Source: Actinomycetota bacterium
GTDB lineage: Bacteria; Actinomycetota; UBA4738
DNA length: 64,000 bases
Reading direction: 5' to 3'
Assembly (NCBI GenBank): GCA_040414485.1
Contig: JBEDUK010000096.1
Location: 46,382-110,381 of the forward strand
The translations under genes were made by a program, and so were the position numbers. The notes under the pieces are model-generated. The model was not told where the DNA came from, did not search any database, and saw only the letters and a list, made by a program, of their open reading frames with translations. Positions 56,133-64,000 of the stretch are shown in pieces. Each line of letters begins with the position of its first letter. The stretch's first letter is position 1.

Positions 56133-58276
56133 GACGGCTCACCGCTTCCGTTCGCATCGCCCGATCCCGTTGGAGGCGTCTCCTTCGACTGCATGGCTCG
56201 CAGCTCCTCGATCGGGATGTGGCAGCGCATGAGGTGACCGGGTTCGGCCTCCGCCAGCGGCGGCTCCTGGTTCACGCAGATCTCGCCGAGGAATCGCGGG
56301 CATCTGGTGTGGAACACGCAACCGGACGGCGGCGAGGCGGCGCTCGGAACCTCGCCCTCCAGGCGGATGCGCGGCCCGCGTTCGCCCTCCAGGATCGGCG
56401 CGGCTGAGAGCAGCGCCTCCGTGTACGGGTGGTGCGGCCCGCCGAAGACCACGTCGGCGTCGCCCACCTCCATCACGCGGCCCAGATACAGCACCGCGAT
56501 CCGATCGGAGATGTAGCGAACGACGCCCAGATCGTGGGAGATGAACAGGTAGGCGACCTTCTCCTCGCGTTGGAGGCTGACCAGGAGGTTCAGGATCGCG
56601 GCCTGGACCGATACGTCGAGGGCCGAGGTGGGTTCGTCGCACAGCACCAGGCGCGGGTCGCCGGCGAACGCCCGCGCGATCGCCACGCGCTGCTTCAGGC
56701 CGCCGGACAGCTGTGCCGGGCGCGCGTCGAGGGCCGGGCGGTCGAGCCGAACGGAACGGGTCAGCGTGTAGATGCGCTCCTGGCGCTGCTCGCCGCGCAT
56801 GCCGACGAGCTTCGTCAGCGCCCGCCCGACGATCCGCCGGACGGTGTGGCGCCGGTTGAGCGACGAATCCGGGCTCTGGAAGACGATCTGCAGCGCCCGG
56901 ATCTGCTCCGGTGTCCGTTGGGCGATCTTCATCGGCAGCGGATGGCCCTCGAACTCGACGACCGAACCGCCGTCCGGGGTGGTGATGCCGAGGAGCGTGC
57001 GGGCGAGGGTCGTCTTGCCGCTTCCGGACTCGCCCACCAGGCCGAGCGTCTCCCCCGGCCTGATCACGATCGAGATGTCGGCCAGCGCCCGGATCTCGTG
57101 GCCCTCCTGGCGGAAGGTCTTGTTCACGGACTCCAGGCGGATCAGCGGCTCCTCGTCCGCGCCGGCCGGCGCGCCTTCATTCGATCCGGCGGTCCCGGCC
57201 CCGGTCCCCGTGCCCGCGGCCGGGGGCTCCGCCCGCGGCAGGTCCTGAGCACGGTCGTGGAAGTGGCAGCGCGCCCGATGGTCCTCGCCCACGTCGAACA
57301 GGTCGGGCTCCGTCGTTCGGCAGATGTCCTGGACCAGGCCGCACCGGTCGGCGAACACGCATGCCGCGATGGCCGCGCCCACCGCGGGCGGGAACCCGGG
57401 GATCGTGTCCAACGGTCCGTCGGCCTTTCGCGAGCCCCACTTCGGGATGCATCGGAGCAACCCGACGGTGTACGGATGGCGCGGGTTTCGGAACAGTTCG
57501 TCCGTGGGCGACTCCTCGACCATGCGTCCCGCGTACAGGACCCCCACCCGGTCGCAGACGCGCGCGACGACGCCCAGGTTGTGCGAGATGAACAGCACGC
57601 TCGTTCGGAACTCGCGCCGGAGTGAGGACACCAGGTCCAGCACCTCGGCCTCGACCGTCGCGTCGAGGCCCGTGGTGGGCTCGTCCATGATCAGCAGCGT
57701 CGGGTCCTTCGCCAGCGCCATGGCGATCACCACGCGCTGCTGCATCCCGCCGGAGAGCTGGTGCGGGTAGCGCTGCATGACGCGGTCTGGATCGGAGATC
57801 TGGACCTTGGCCAGCATCTCCCTCGCGCGGCGCTCGGACTCGGCGCGGTCGACGCCCAGGATCTGGAACGCTTCGGACACCTGATCGCCCACCCGGATCG
57901 AGGGGTTCAGCGACGAGCCGGGGTTCTGGTAGACCATCGACAGAGCGGTCTGCCGGAGCGTGCGCAGCTCGCTCTCCCGCATCGCGAGGAGGTCGCGGCC
58001 CGCGAGCCGGATCGAACCGCCGACGATCCTGGCGTTGCGGGCCAGATAGCGCATGACGGCGAACGCGACCGTGGACTTGCCGCAGCCGGACTCGCCCACG
58101 AGACCGTACGACTCGCCCTCGTCGATACGGATGCTGACGCCGCGGATGGCCTCACGTTGAATGCCTCGCACCTCGAAGTTCAGGCGAAGGTCGTCGATCA
58201 CGAGCGCCGGCGGGCCTGCGGTCGCCGTTGCGCCGGCGCCGGACGCGCCGGTGGTCGGGCGCTCAGCCGCGCTCAT
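56129..58276 (-). CDS. Dipeptide/oligopeptide-type ABC transporter, fused double ATPase
   Basis: Two GESG.GK Walker A motifs, two LSGG signatures, HPYT and Cys-rich C-terminal motifs. Confidence 0.93.
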   Translation of the reverse strand: MSAAERPTTGASGAGATATAGPPALVIDDLRLNFEVRGIQREAIRGVSIRIDEGESYGLVGESGCGKSTVAFAVMRYLARNARIVGGSIRLAGRDLLAMRESELRTLRQTALSMVYQNPGSSLNPSIRVGDQVSEAFQILGVDRAESERRAREMLAKVQISDPDRVMQRYPHQLSGGMQQRVVIAMALAKDPTLLIMDEPTTGLDATVEAEVLDLVSSLRREFRTSVLFISHNLGVVARVCDRVGVLYAGRMVEESPTDELFRNPRHPYTVGLLRCIPKWGSRKADGPLDTIPGFPPAVGAAIAACVFADRCGLVQDICRTTEPDLFDVGEDHRARCHFHDRAQDLPRAEPPAAGTGTGAGTAGSNEGAPAGADEEPLIRLESVNKTFRQEGHEIRALADISIVIRPGETLGLVGESGSGKTTLARTLLGITTPDGGSVVEFEGHPLPMKIAQRTPEQIRALQIVFQSPDSSLNRRHTVRRIVGRALTKLVGMRGEQRQERIYTLTRSVRLDRPALDARPAQLSGGLKQRVAIARAFAGDPRLVLCDEPTSALDVSVQAAILNLLVSLQREEKVAYLFISHDLGVVRYISDRIAVLYLGRVMEVGDADVVFGGPHHPYTEALLSAAPILEGERGPRIRLEGEVPSAASPPSGCVFHTRCPRFLGEICVNQEPPLAEAEPGHLMRCHIPIEELRAMQSKETPPTGSGDANGSGEPS

Positions 58277-59217
58277 CGTTCGAACACCCGAGCCAGGCCG
58301 TCCGAGACCAGGTTCACCGCCACCACCAGTGAGGCGATGGCGAGCGCCGGGAACAGCGTCGGCCACCAGATATGCCCGGAGAGGTAGATGTACTGGGAGG
58401 CGATCTGGAGCCCCCAGTCCGGCGCCGGGGGTTGGATGCCGAATCCCAGGAACGTCAGGGTCACGATCGCGAAGATCGCGTAGCCGACGCGGACGGTGAA
58501 CTCGACGAGGATCGGCCCGCTCACGTTCGGCAGGATCTCGACGAACATCACGTACGACCGTCGCTCGTGGCGAAGCTCGGCCGCGGCGACGTACTCCTGC
58601 TCCCGTTCGGGCAGGACCGCCGCGCGGACCGTGCGGGCGATGATCGGCGTGAACACGAAGCCGATGACCAGGATGACGGTGACAGACGAGGGCCCGAGCG
58701 CGACGAGCGCCAGGACTCCGAGGATGACGACGGGGATCGCCAGGAAGGCATCCAGGATCCGGCTCACGACCTCGTCGAGCCAGCCTCCGACATAGCCGGT
58801 CGCCAGGCCGATGGCGGTGCCGGCGACTGTCCCGAGTGCGGTGGCGAGCAGCGCGACGACCAGGATGCCGCGGGAGCCCACGATGACTCGCGACAGCACG
58901 TCTCGGCCGAGGTCGTCCGTGCCGAACCAGTGCTGTGACGACGGCGGCTCCAGCTTGTGCAGGATGCTGCCCGGCTCGCCCAGGTAGTTGTACGGGGCGA
59001 TCTGCTTGCCGAAGATCGCGCAGAAGATCCAGAACAGCACCACGAGCGTGCCGATGATGAATGTCGGCGACCGGAGCAGGAGCCGGAACCGCTCGCGGCG
59101 GGCCGTCGAGCGGCTGCCATCGCCCGAGTCGTGCTGGCCCTCGACTCCGAAGGCCTGAAGGACCGGATCGACCCCGGCCTCGGTGCCGACGTCCTCGGGT
59201 CGCGGTCTGCTGATCAT
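58273..59217 (-). CDS. ABC transporter permease (DppC/OppC type)
   Basis: HWFGTDDLGRDVLSR, EILPN, FLGFGIQPPAPDWG. Confidence 0.93.
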   Translation of the reverse strand: MISRPRPEDVGTEAGVDPVLQAFGVEGQHDSGDGSRSTARRERFRLLLRSPTFIIGTLVVLFWIFCAIFGKQIAPYNYLGEPGSILHKLEPPSSQHWFGTDDLGRDVLSRVIVGSRGILVVALLATALGTVAGTAIGLATGYVGGWLDEVVSRILDAFLAIPVVILGVLALVALGPSSVTVILVIGFVFTPIIARTVRAAVLPEREQEYVAAAELRHERRSYVMFVEILPNVSGPILVEFTVRVGYAIFAIVTLTFLGFGIQPPAPDWGLQIASQYIYLSGHIWWPTLFPALAIASLVVAVNLVSDGLARVFER

Positions 59218-60167
59218 TCGGCCGTCCCGTACCGGATCCGGGGATTCAGGAGCGAGTAGATGACGTCGGCGATGACGGTCGCGATCAGATAGACGACGCC
59301 GACCACCAGGACGCATGCCTCCAGGACCGGGAGGTCCTTCTTCTGCGCCGAGATGAACAGCAGGTGCCCGATGCCCTGGTAGTTGAACAGCACCTCGATG
59401 GCCACGAGCCCACCGATGAGGTATCCGGTCTGGGTGGCCACGACCGCGATGGTAGGAAGCAGGGCGTTGCGCAGGACGTGACGCCGGACCACCGTTCTCT
59501 GGGGGAGGCCCTTCAGGGTCGCCGTGCGCGTGTAGTCCGCGTCGAGGGCCTCGATCATGCCGGCCCGAGTGATCCGGGCGATGTAGCCGAACAGCACGAA
59601 GACGAGCGCGATGGCTGGGAGCAGGAGATAGTGCAACTGCGTGAGCAGGCTGCTGCCGGGTGGCGCCTGTGCCGTGACGGGGAACCAGTTCAGATTCACC
59701 GCGAAGATCACGATCAGCACGATCCCCGTCACGAATTCCGGAACGGCGACGGATGAGAGGCCCGTGATGGTGATCGCGCGGTCGGTGAAACGGTCCCTGT
59801 TGAGCGCGGAGACGATGCCGCCGAGGATCCCCAGCGGGACGACGATGACGAACGCCACCAACGCGAGCTTCAGCGAGTTGAGGAGCGCCGGGAACAGCAG
59901 TGAGGACACCGACTGCTGGAATGCGAGCGACGTGCCCAGATCTCCCCTGAACACGCCACTCACCCACGTCCAGTACTGAACGATCAGCGGCTTGTCGGCG
60001 CCCAGTTGCTTGTCGAGCTCGGCCACGGCGCGGGCGTCCGCGAACGGACCGAGGATCACGCGACCCACGTCGCCGGGAAGCACATGCGTGCCGAAGAACA
60101 CGATGAGCGACAGCAGGATCAGCGTGAGGATCGCGAGCCCGAGGCGGCGGAGGAGGAAGCGCCCCAT
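59214..60167 (-). CDS. ABC transporter permease (DppB/OppB type)
   Basis: PGD, GDLGTS, DYTRTATLKGL, HVLRNALLP, YSLLNPRIR. Confidence 0.93.
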   Translation of the reverse strand: MGRFLLRRLGLAILTLILLSLIVFFGTHVLPGDVGRVILGPFADARAVAELDKQLGADKPLIVQYWTWVSGVFRGDLGTSLAFQQSVSSLLFPALLNSLKLALVAFVIVVPLGILGGIVSALNRDRFTDRAITITGLSSVAVPEFVTGIVLIVIFAVNLNWFPVTAQAPPGSSLLTQLHYLLLPAIALVFVLFGYIARITRAGMIEALDADYTRTATLKGLPQRTVVRRHVLRNALLPTIAVVATQTGYLIGGLVAIEVLFNYQGIGHLLFISAQKKDLPVLEACVLVVGVVYLIATVIADVIYSLLNPRIRYGTAE

Positions 60168-60207
60168 CGCTTCCTCCTCCGGGCCTTCGCTTCCGCTCGG
60201 CGCTCGA

Positions 60208-61905
60208 TCAGGCGGTCAGTCCCGCCTTGGTCAGCCGGATGTGGCCCATGCCCGTGAACTCGGCGCCGGCGATCGTCGGCTTGGACGCGGACATGTGGTT
60301 GTAGAAGTACGGGAACACGATCGGCGTGTCGTCCAGCAGCATCGTCTCGATCTGCTTGGCGACCGCCCGCTGCGCGTCCAGATCGACGGCTGCCACGTAC
60401 TGACCCACCAGCGTGTCGTACGCCGGGTTCTTGTAGTGCGCGGCGTTCCACGTGCCGGTCGACAACAGGGGCGCGGCGAGGAACACGTTCGGCACGCCGC
60501 GGTGACCGTAGTCGGTGATGCCCATGGGCGAGTTGAGCCAGTACTTGCTGTAGTAGGTGTTGGCGTCCTGGACCTGCAGCTTGATGGTGATCTTGATCTG
60601 GGCGGCCGCCTGCTGGATCAGCTGGGCCAGCTGCGGGATCTCGTATCCGTTCCACGTGTACAGCGTGACGTTGAACCCGTTCGCCGCGCCGCCCTGGGAC
60701 ATCAGCTGCTGAGCCTGCGAAATGTTCTGCGCGCGCTGCGGCACGGACGTGTCCGTCTGTGGGAAGGCCGGGGCGAAGGGCGAGTCGTTGCCCAGGTCCG
60801 CCTTTCCGTTCATCAATCCGCTGACCAGGTCCGGCCGGTTGAGCGACAGCGCGAGCGCCTGCCTGATCTCCTTCTTGTCGAACGGCGCCTGGTCCGTTCG
60901 CATGTGGACCTGGCGGTGCGCGCTCGACTTGGTCGCGTAGACGGTGATGGCCGAATCGTTGAGCAGCGCCTGCCCCGTGGCCGCGGAGAACTGCGCGATG
61001 ACGTCGATGGAGCCCTGCTGGAGTCCGAGCACCTGAGGCTGCTGATCGGCGAAATACTTCAGCGAGAAGCCGTCCAGGTACGGCAGGCCCTGCTGCCAGT
61101 AACTGGGACTCTTCACGTAGGTCACGCCGGTCTGGCTGTTGAAGTTCGACATCTTCCAGGGGCCGGTTCCGATGAACGACTTCGTGTAGTCGCCGCCGTA
61201 GTCGTAGGACGCCGGAAGGATGATCACGTTGTAGTTGTCGGAGCTCACCAGGTACGGGAACGAGCCGTTCGGCGCCTTGAGCGTGCACACCACGGTGTCC
61301 GAACCCTGCGCCGCCACGCCGTCCGGCTCGAGGACGCCGGTGAACGCCGACAGCGCATTCCCCTTGTTCGCGGGGTCGCTGTGTGCCTTCAGCGTCGCGA
61401 CGACGTCGTCGGCCGTCAGCTGGGTCGAGCCGTCGTTGTACGTGACGCCCTGGCGGATCTTGAACGTCCACACCGAACCGTCCGTGTTGGGCGACCAGCT
61501 CTCCGCGATGACGGGCTCGAGCTGAAGCTTGTCGTTCGACCACGTGAGGTACTGACCCGCCTGGCCGAGGGTCGCCAAGCCGCCCTCATCCGCCACGGTC
61601 AGGGGGTTGACCGCGCCCGCCGGGCTGATCTCCGAGACCGTGATCGTCCCGCCGGCCTTCACGGAACCGCCGCCCGGCGTGGGGCTTCCGCCGACGGTCG
61701 CGGTTGGGCTCGGGGCGCCGCTGTTGTTGTTGCCGCATGCCGCGGCGATGAAGGCCACCAGCGAGAAACTCATCCCGACGACGGTCCCCCGACGCATGAA
61801 CTCGCGGCGGGAGATCTTGCCCGCGCGCAGCTCGTCGATCAGGTGGTTCTCGACGTCCGAACGCTGACGCCGGATGTCGTCCAGCTGTTCCTGCGGATCC
61901 TTCAT
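60208..61905 (-). CDS. ABC transporter substrate-binding lipoprotein (family 5) with Tat-like signal
   Basis: SRREFM twin-arginine, AAAC lipobox, WTFKIRQGV, IGTGPW, PFD...RQAL. Confidence 0.92.
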   Translation of the reverse strand: MKDPQEQLDDIRRQRSDVENHLIDELRAGKISRREFMRRGTVVGMSFSLVAFIAAACGNNNSGAPSPTATVGGSPTPGGGSVKAGGTITVSEISPAGAVNPLTVADEGGLATLGQAGQYLTWSNDKLQLEPVIAESWSPNTDGSVWTFKIRQGVTYNDGSTQLTADDVVATLKAHSDPANKGNALSAFTGVLEPDGVAAQGSDTVVCTLKAPNGSFPYLVSSDNYNVIILPASYDYGGDYTKSFIGTGPWKMSNFNSQTGVTYVKSPSYWQQGLPYLDGFSLKYFADQQPQVLGLQQGSIDVIAQFSAATGQALLNDSAITVYATKSSAHRQVHMRTDQAPFDKKEIRQALALSLNRPDLVSGLMNGKADLGNDSPFAPAFPQTDTSVPQRAQNISQAQQLMSQGGAANGFNVTLYTWNGYEIPQLAQLIQQAAAQIKITIKLQVQDANTYYSKYWLNSPMGITDYGHRGVPNVFLAAPLLSTGTWNAAHYKNPAYDTLVGQYVAAVDLDAQRAVAKQIETMLLDDTPIVFPYFYNHMSASKPTIAGAEFTGMGHIRLTKAGLTA

Positions 61906-62078
61906 GCCCGTCCCCCTCTCGCCGCCATCGCGCGCGGCGTTCCGCCGGCAGATCACCGGTCAAGCGGTCGTCGTATCACGGATGCTCGCACCCGTCAAAC
62001 GGATAGGTGTACGAGCGCGTCGAACGCCCGAGTTTGCCCTTGACAGCCACACGGCGGCGGATCGACACTTCGTTCGTC

Positions 62079-62921
62079 ATGAGGGACGTCGTTCCGCAAG
62101 CGGAACAGCAGCGGATTGCCGGTTCGCCCGGGGTCCACACGTCCCTTTCGGTGATGGAGGCCGTGGCCGCGGACGGGCCGCTGACGCTGGCGGATCTCGC
62201 GGGCCGGCTGCACACCCCGAAGAGCTCGCTGCATCGCGTCTGCGCGGTCCTGGTGGAGAGGGACTGGCTGGTGCGGCGGCCGCACGGCCGGTTCGACCTC
62301 GGCATCCGTGCCATCGGTCTGACGCAGCGATCGCTGGAGTTGCCGATCGTGACCGCGTTCCGAAGCGTCTCCGCGAACCTGCTCACCCTGCACGACGAGA
62401 CGGTGTGCCTGGCGGTGCTCGACGGCGAAGACTCGGTGTTCGTCGCCCTCGAGGAGACCTCGCAGCCCGTCCGCCTCATGACGCGGGTGGGAAGCCGAAC
62501 ACCGGCGTTCGCCTCCGCCAGCGGCCGGGTGATCCTGGCCGACCGCTCGCCGGCGGTGGTGGCCGCCCAGTACGCCGGACGAACGCTCGTGACGCCCACC
62601 GGGCGGCGACTCCGCGGGGTCGAAGAACTGCTGGAGATCCTGTCCGAGGTGCGCGAACGCGGGTTCGGCGAGAACGACCAGGAGACGGCAGTGGGGCTGT
62701 ACACCGCGAGCGTGCCGGTGAGGGGCGCGAGCGACGCCGTCGTCGCGGCCATGACCGTCTGCATCCCGACCTCGCGGCTCACCGGAGAGCGGCGCGGGCG
62801 AATCATCGCCGACCTCGTCGCGGCCGGCCTCCGGCTTTCGGAGAGCGTGTCCTGGCTCCCGGCGTGGAACGCCACGCGCGCGGAGGTGCATCGCCCCGGC
62901 GACCGGACGCGCGTCCGCTAG
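62079..62921 (+). CDS. IclR family transcriptional regulator
   Basis: TPKSSLHRV HTH, ETVCLAVLDG, PAFASASGRV, VRERGF. Confidence 0.92.
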   Translation: MRDVVPQAEQQRIAGSPGVHTSLSVMEAVAADGPLTLADLAGRLHTPKSSLHRVCAVLVERDWLVRRPHGRFDLGIRAIGLTQRSLELPIVTAFRSVSANLLTLHDETVCLAVLDGEDSVFVALEETSQPVRLMTRVGSRTPAFASASGRVILADRSPAVVAAQYAGRTLVTPTGRRLRGVEELLEILSEVRERGFGENDQETAVGLYTASVPVRGASDAVVAAMTVCIPTSRLTGERRGRIIADLVAAGLRLSESVSWLPAWNATRAEVHRPGDRTRVR

Positions 62922-62923
62922 CG

Positions 62924-64000
62924 TCACCGCCGTCCCGCGGCCTGCCGACCCGTCGCCGGCCGATCCGTCGCCGGCCGATCCGTCGCCCCAGACCCGGATC
63001 CCTCGCGGCCGGCCTCGGCGCGGGCCAGGACGCCCGCCACCGCCGCCCGCGATGAGACGCCGAGCTTCGCGAAGATGCTCGCCAGGTGGGACTCGACCGT
63101 CTTGTCGCTGACGAACAGCTCCCGGGCGATCTCCCGGTTCGTCCTTCCCTCGCCGACGAGGTGGGCGACTTCCAGCTCCCGTCGGCTGAGGCCGAGCACG
63201 TCGGATGCGCCCCGTCGCTCCTGGGCCACCCCGACGCCACGGCGGCCGAGCGAGCGCAGCCTTAGCGCCGCCACCTGCTTGAGGCGCTCCGCGCCACAGT
63301 CGGCAAACGTCGCCATCGCGCGTTCGATCTCGACGACCGCATCAGTTCGCCGGTCGAGCGCGGCAAGGCACTCGCCGGACACGACCAAGGCGCGCGCGGC
63401 GTCGAGCCGATCATCGACCTCGAGGAACGCTTCCACCGCCGAGCGCGCCCGCTCCAGCGCCGCCCTGACCCGCGCGCGCCCACCTTTTGACGCCGCATCG
63501 GCCTGTGCCCGAGCCAAGAGGCCGAACGCCCGCCGTCCGACCAGTTCGAGCGGCAAGGCGGACGCCTCGGCACGGGCGGCCCAGTCGTTGGCGGCGTCTG
63601 GACAGCCACGCTCGACCTCGGCGCGGGCGAGCACCTCGTACCAGTCCGGCCGTGACGCCGGATCGAAGCCCGGCAACTCAACCCCGCCGCCGGCGGTGAG
63701 CACGGCATCCACGCAGCCCGCCGCGTCGCCTGCCGCCAGCCGCGCCTGCCCGAGAATCGCGAGGGCGAGCGTCGAGAACCAGTCGCGAACGCTGCCGGCC
63801 GTCTCGACCGCGCGCTTCCCCATGTCGAGCGCGGTTCCCAGGTCGCCGCGCCACGTGGCGATCCGGCACAGCATCGCCAGCGACATCGTGTGGAGCTCAT
63901 CGCTCCCTGTCTGCAGCGCCGCCTCGCGGGCGTCGTTGAAGCATTCGGCCGCGGCCGGCAGGTCGCCCTGCCACTTCAGCACGCTTCCCAGCCCGACCAG
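62924..64000 (-). CDS. LuxR-family regulator with TPR-like helical region (5' part outside window)
   Basis: LSRRELEVAHLV.EG.TNREIARELFVSDKTVESHL..IFAKLGV..R. Confidence 0.9.
   Translation of the reverse strand: MVGLGSVLKWQGDLPAAAECFNDAREAALQTGSDELHTMSLAMLCRIATWRGDLGTALDMGKRAVETAGSVRDWFSTLALAILGQARLAAGDAAGCVDAVLTAGGGVELPGFDPASRPDWYEVLARAEVERGCPDAANDWAARAEASALPLELVGRRAFGLLARAQADAASKGGRARVRAALERARSAVEAFLEVDDRLDAARALVVSGECLAALDRRTDAVVEIERAMATFADCGAERLKQVAALRLRSLGRRGVGVAQERRGASDVLGLSRRELEVAHLVGEGRTNREIARELFVSDKTVESHLASIFAKLGVSSRAAVAGVLARAEAGREGSGSGATDRPATDRPATGRQAAGRR

Noticed and set aside
62944-62988. 15-bp tandem repeat at the LuxR 3' end (ATDRP-ATDRP-ATGRQ)
   Set aside because: Short in-frame low-complexity tail with no evidence of function
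1-64000. Many long overlapping or antisense ORFs in the track (e.g. 7262-9556, 25965-28352, 30020-32026, 59992-62043)
   Set aside because: Arg/Pro/Gly-rich shadow frames expected in high-GC DNA, overlapping well-supported genes and lacking motifs

Overview
High-GC bacterial chromosome segment, probably a deep-branching actinobacterium (inferred from gene content and promoter style). It is densely coding, with about 68 genes, and I saw no rRNA, tRNA, CRISPR array or mobile element. Left part: glpX, an S9 peptidase, an LLM oxidoreductase, an ABC exporter, an esterase, two HtrA-like proteases divergent from an HxlR regulator, two ECF sigma/anti-sigma pairs, nfeD-stomatin, a Cys-containing regulator divergent from mrp, lgt, a TPP-dependent enzyme, two methyltransferases, a PIG-L deacetylase, pepA and a TPP-riboswitch-controlled CytX-like permease. 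Centre: a complete shikimate operon (aroH-aroF-tyrA-aroA-aroE-aroC-aroKB-aroQ) extended by a PLP decarboxylase and a LysE exporter. It is preceded by an unannotated 42-codon leader peptide carrying Trp, Tyr and Phe codons plus mutually exclusive antiterminator and terminator helices. This candidate attenuator sensing all three aromatic amino acids is the top finding. Right part: a MetE-like gene, DUF1684, an aromatic ammonia-lyase homologue lacking the MIO-forming ASG motif, and an IclR-linked catabolic cluster (peptide-type ABC transporter, two Zn dehydrogenases, a Fae-like protein, an enolase-superfamily enzyme), ending in a partial LuxR-type regulator. All family calls come from motif recognition by eye; no searches were run, and start codons were chosen manually.
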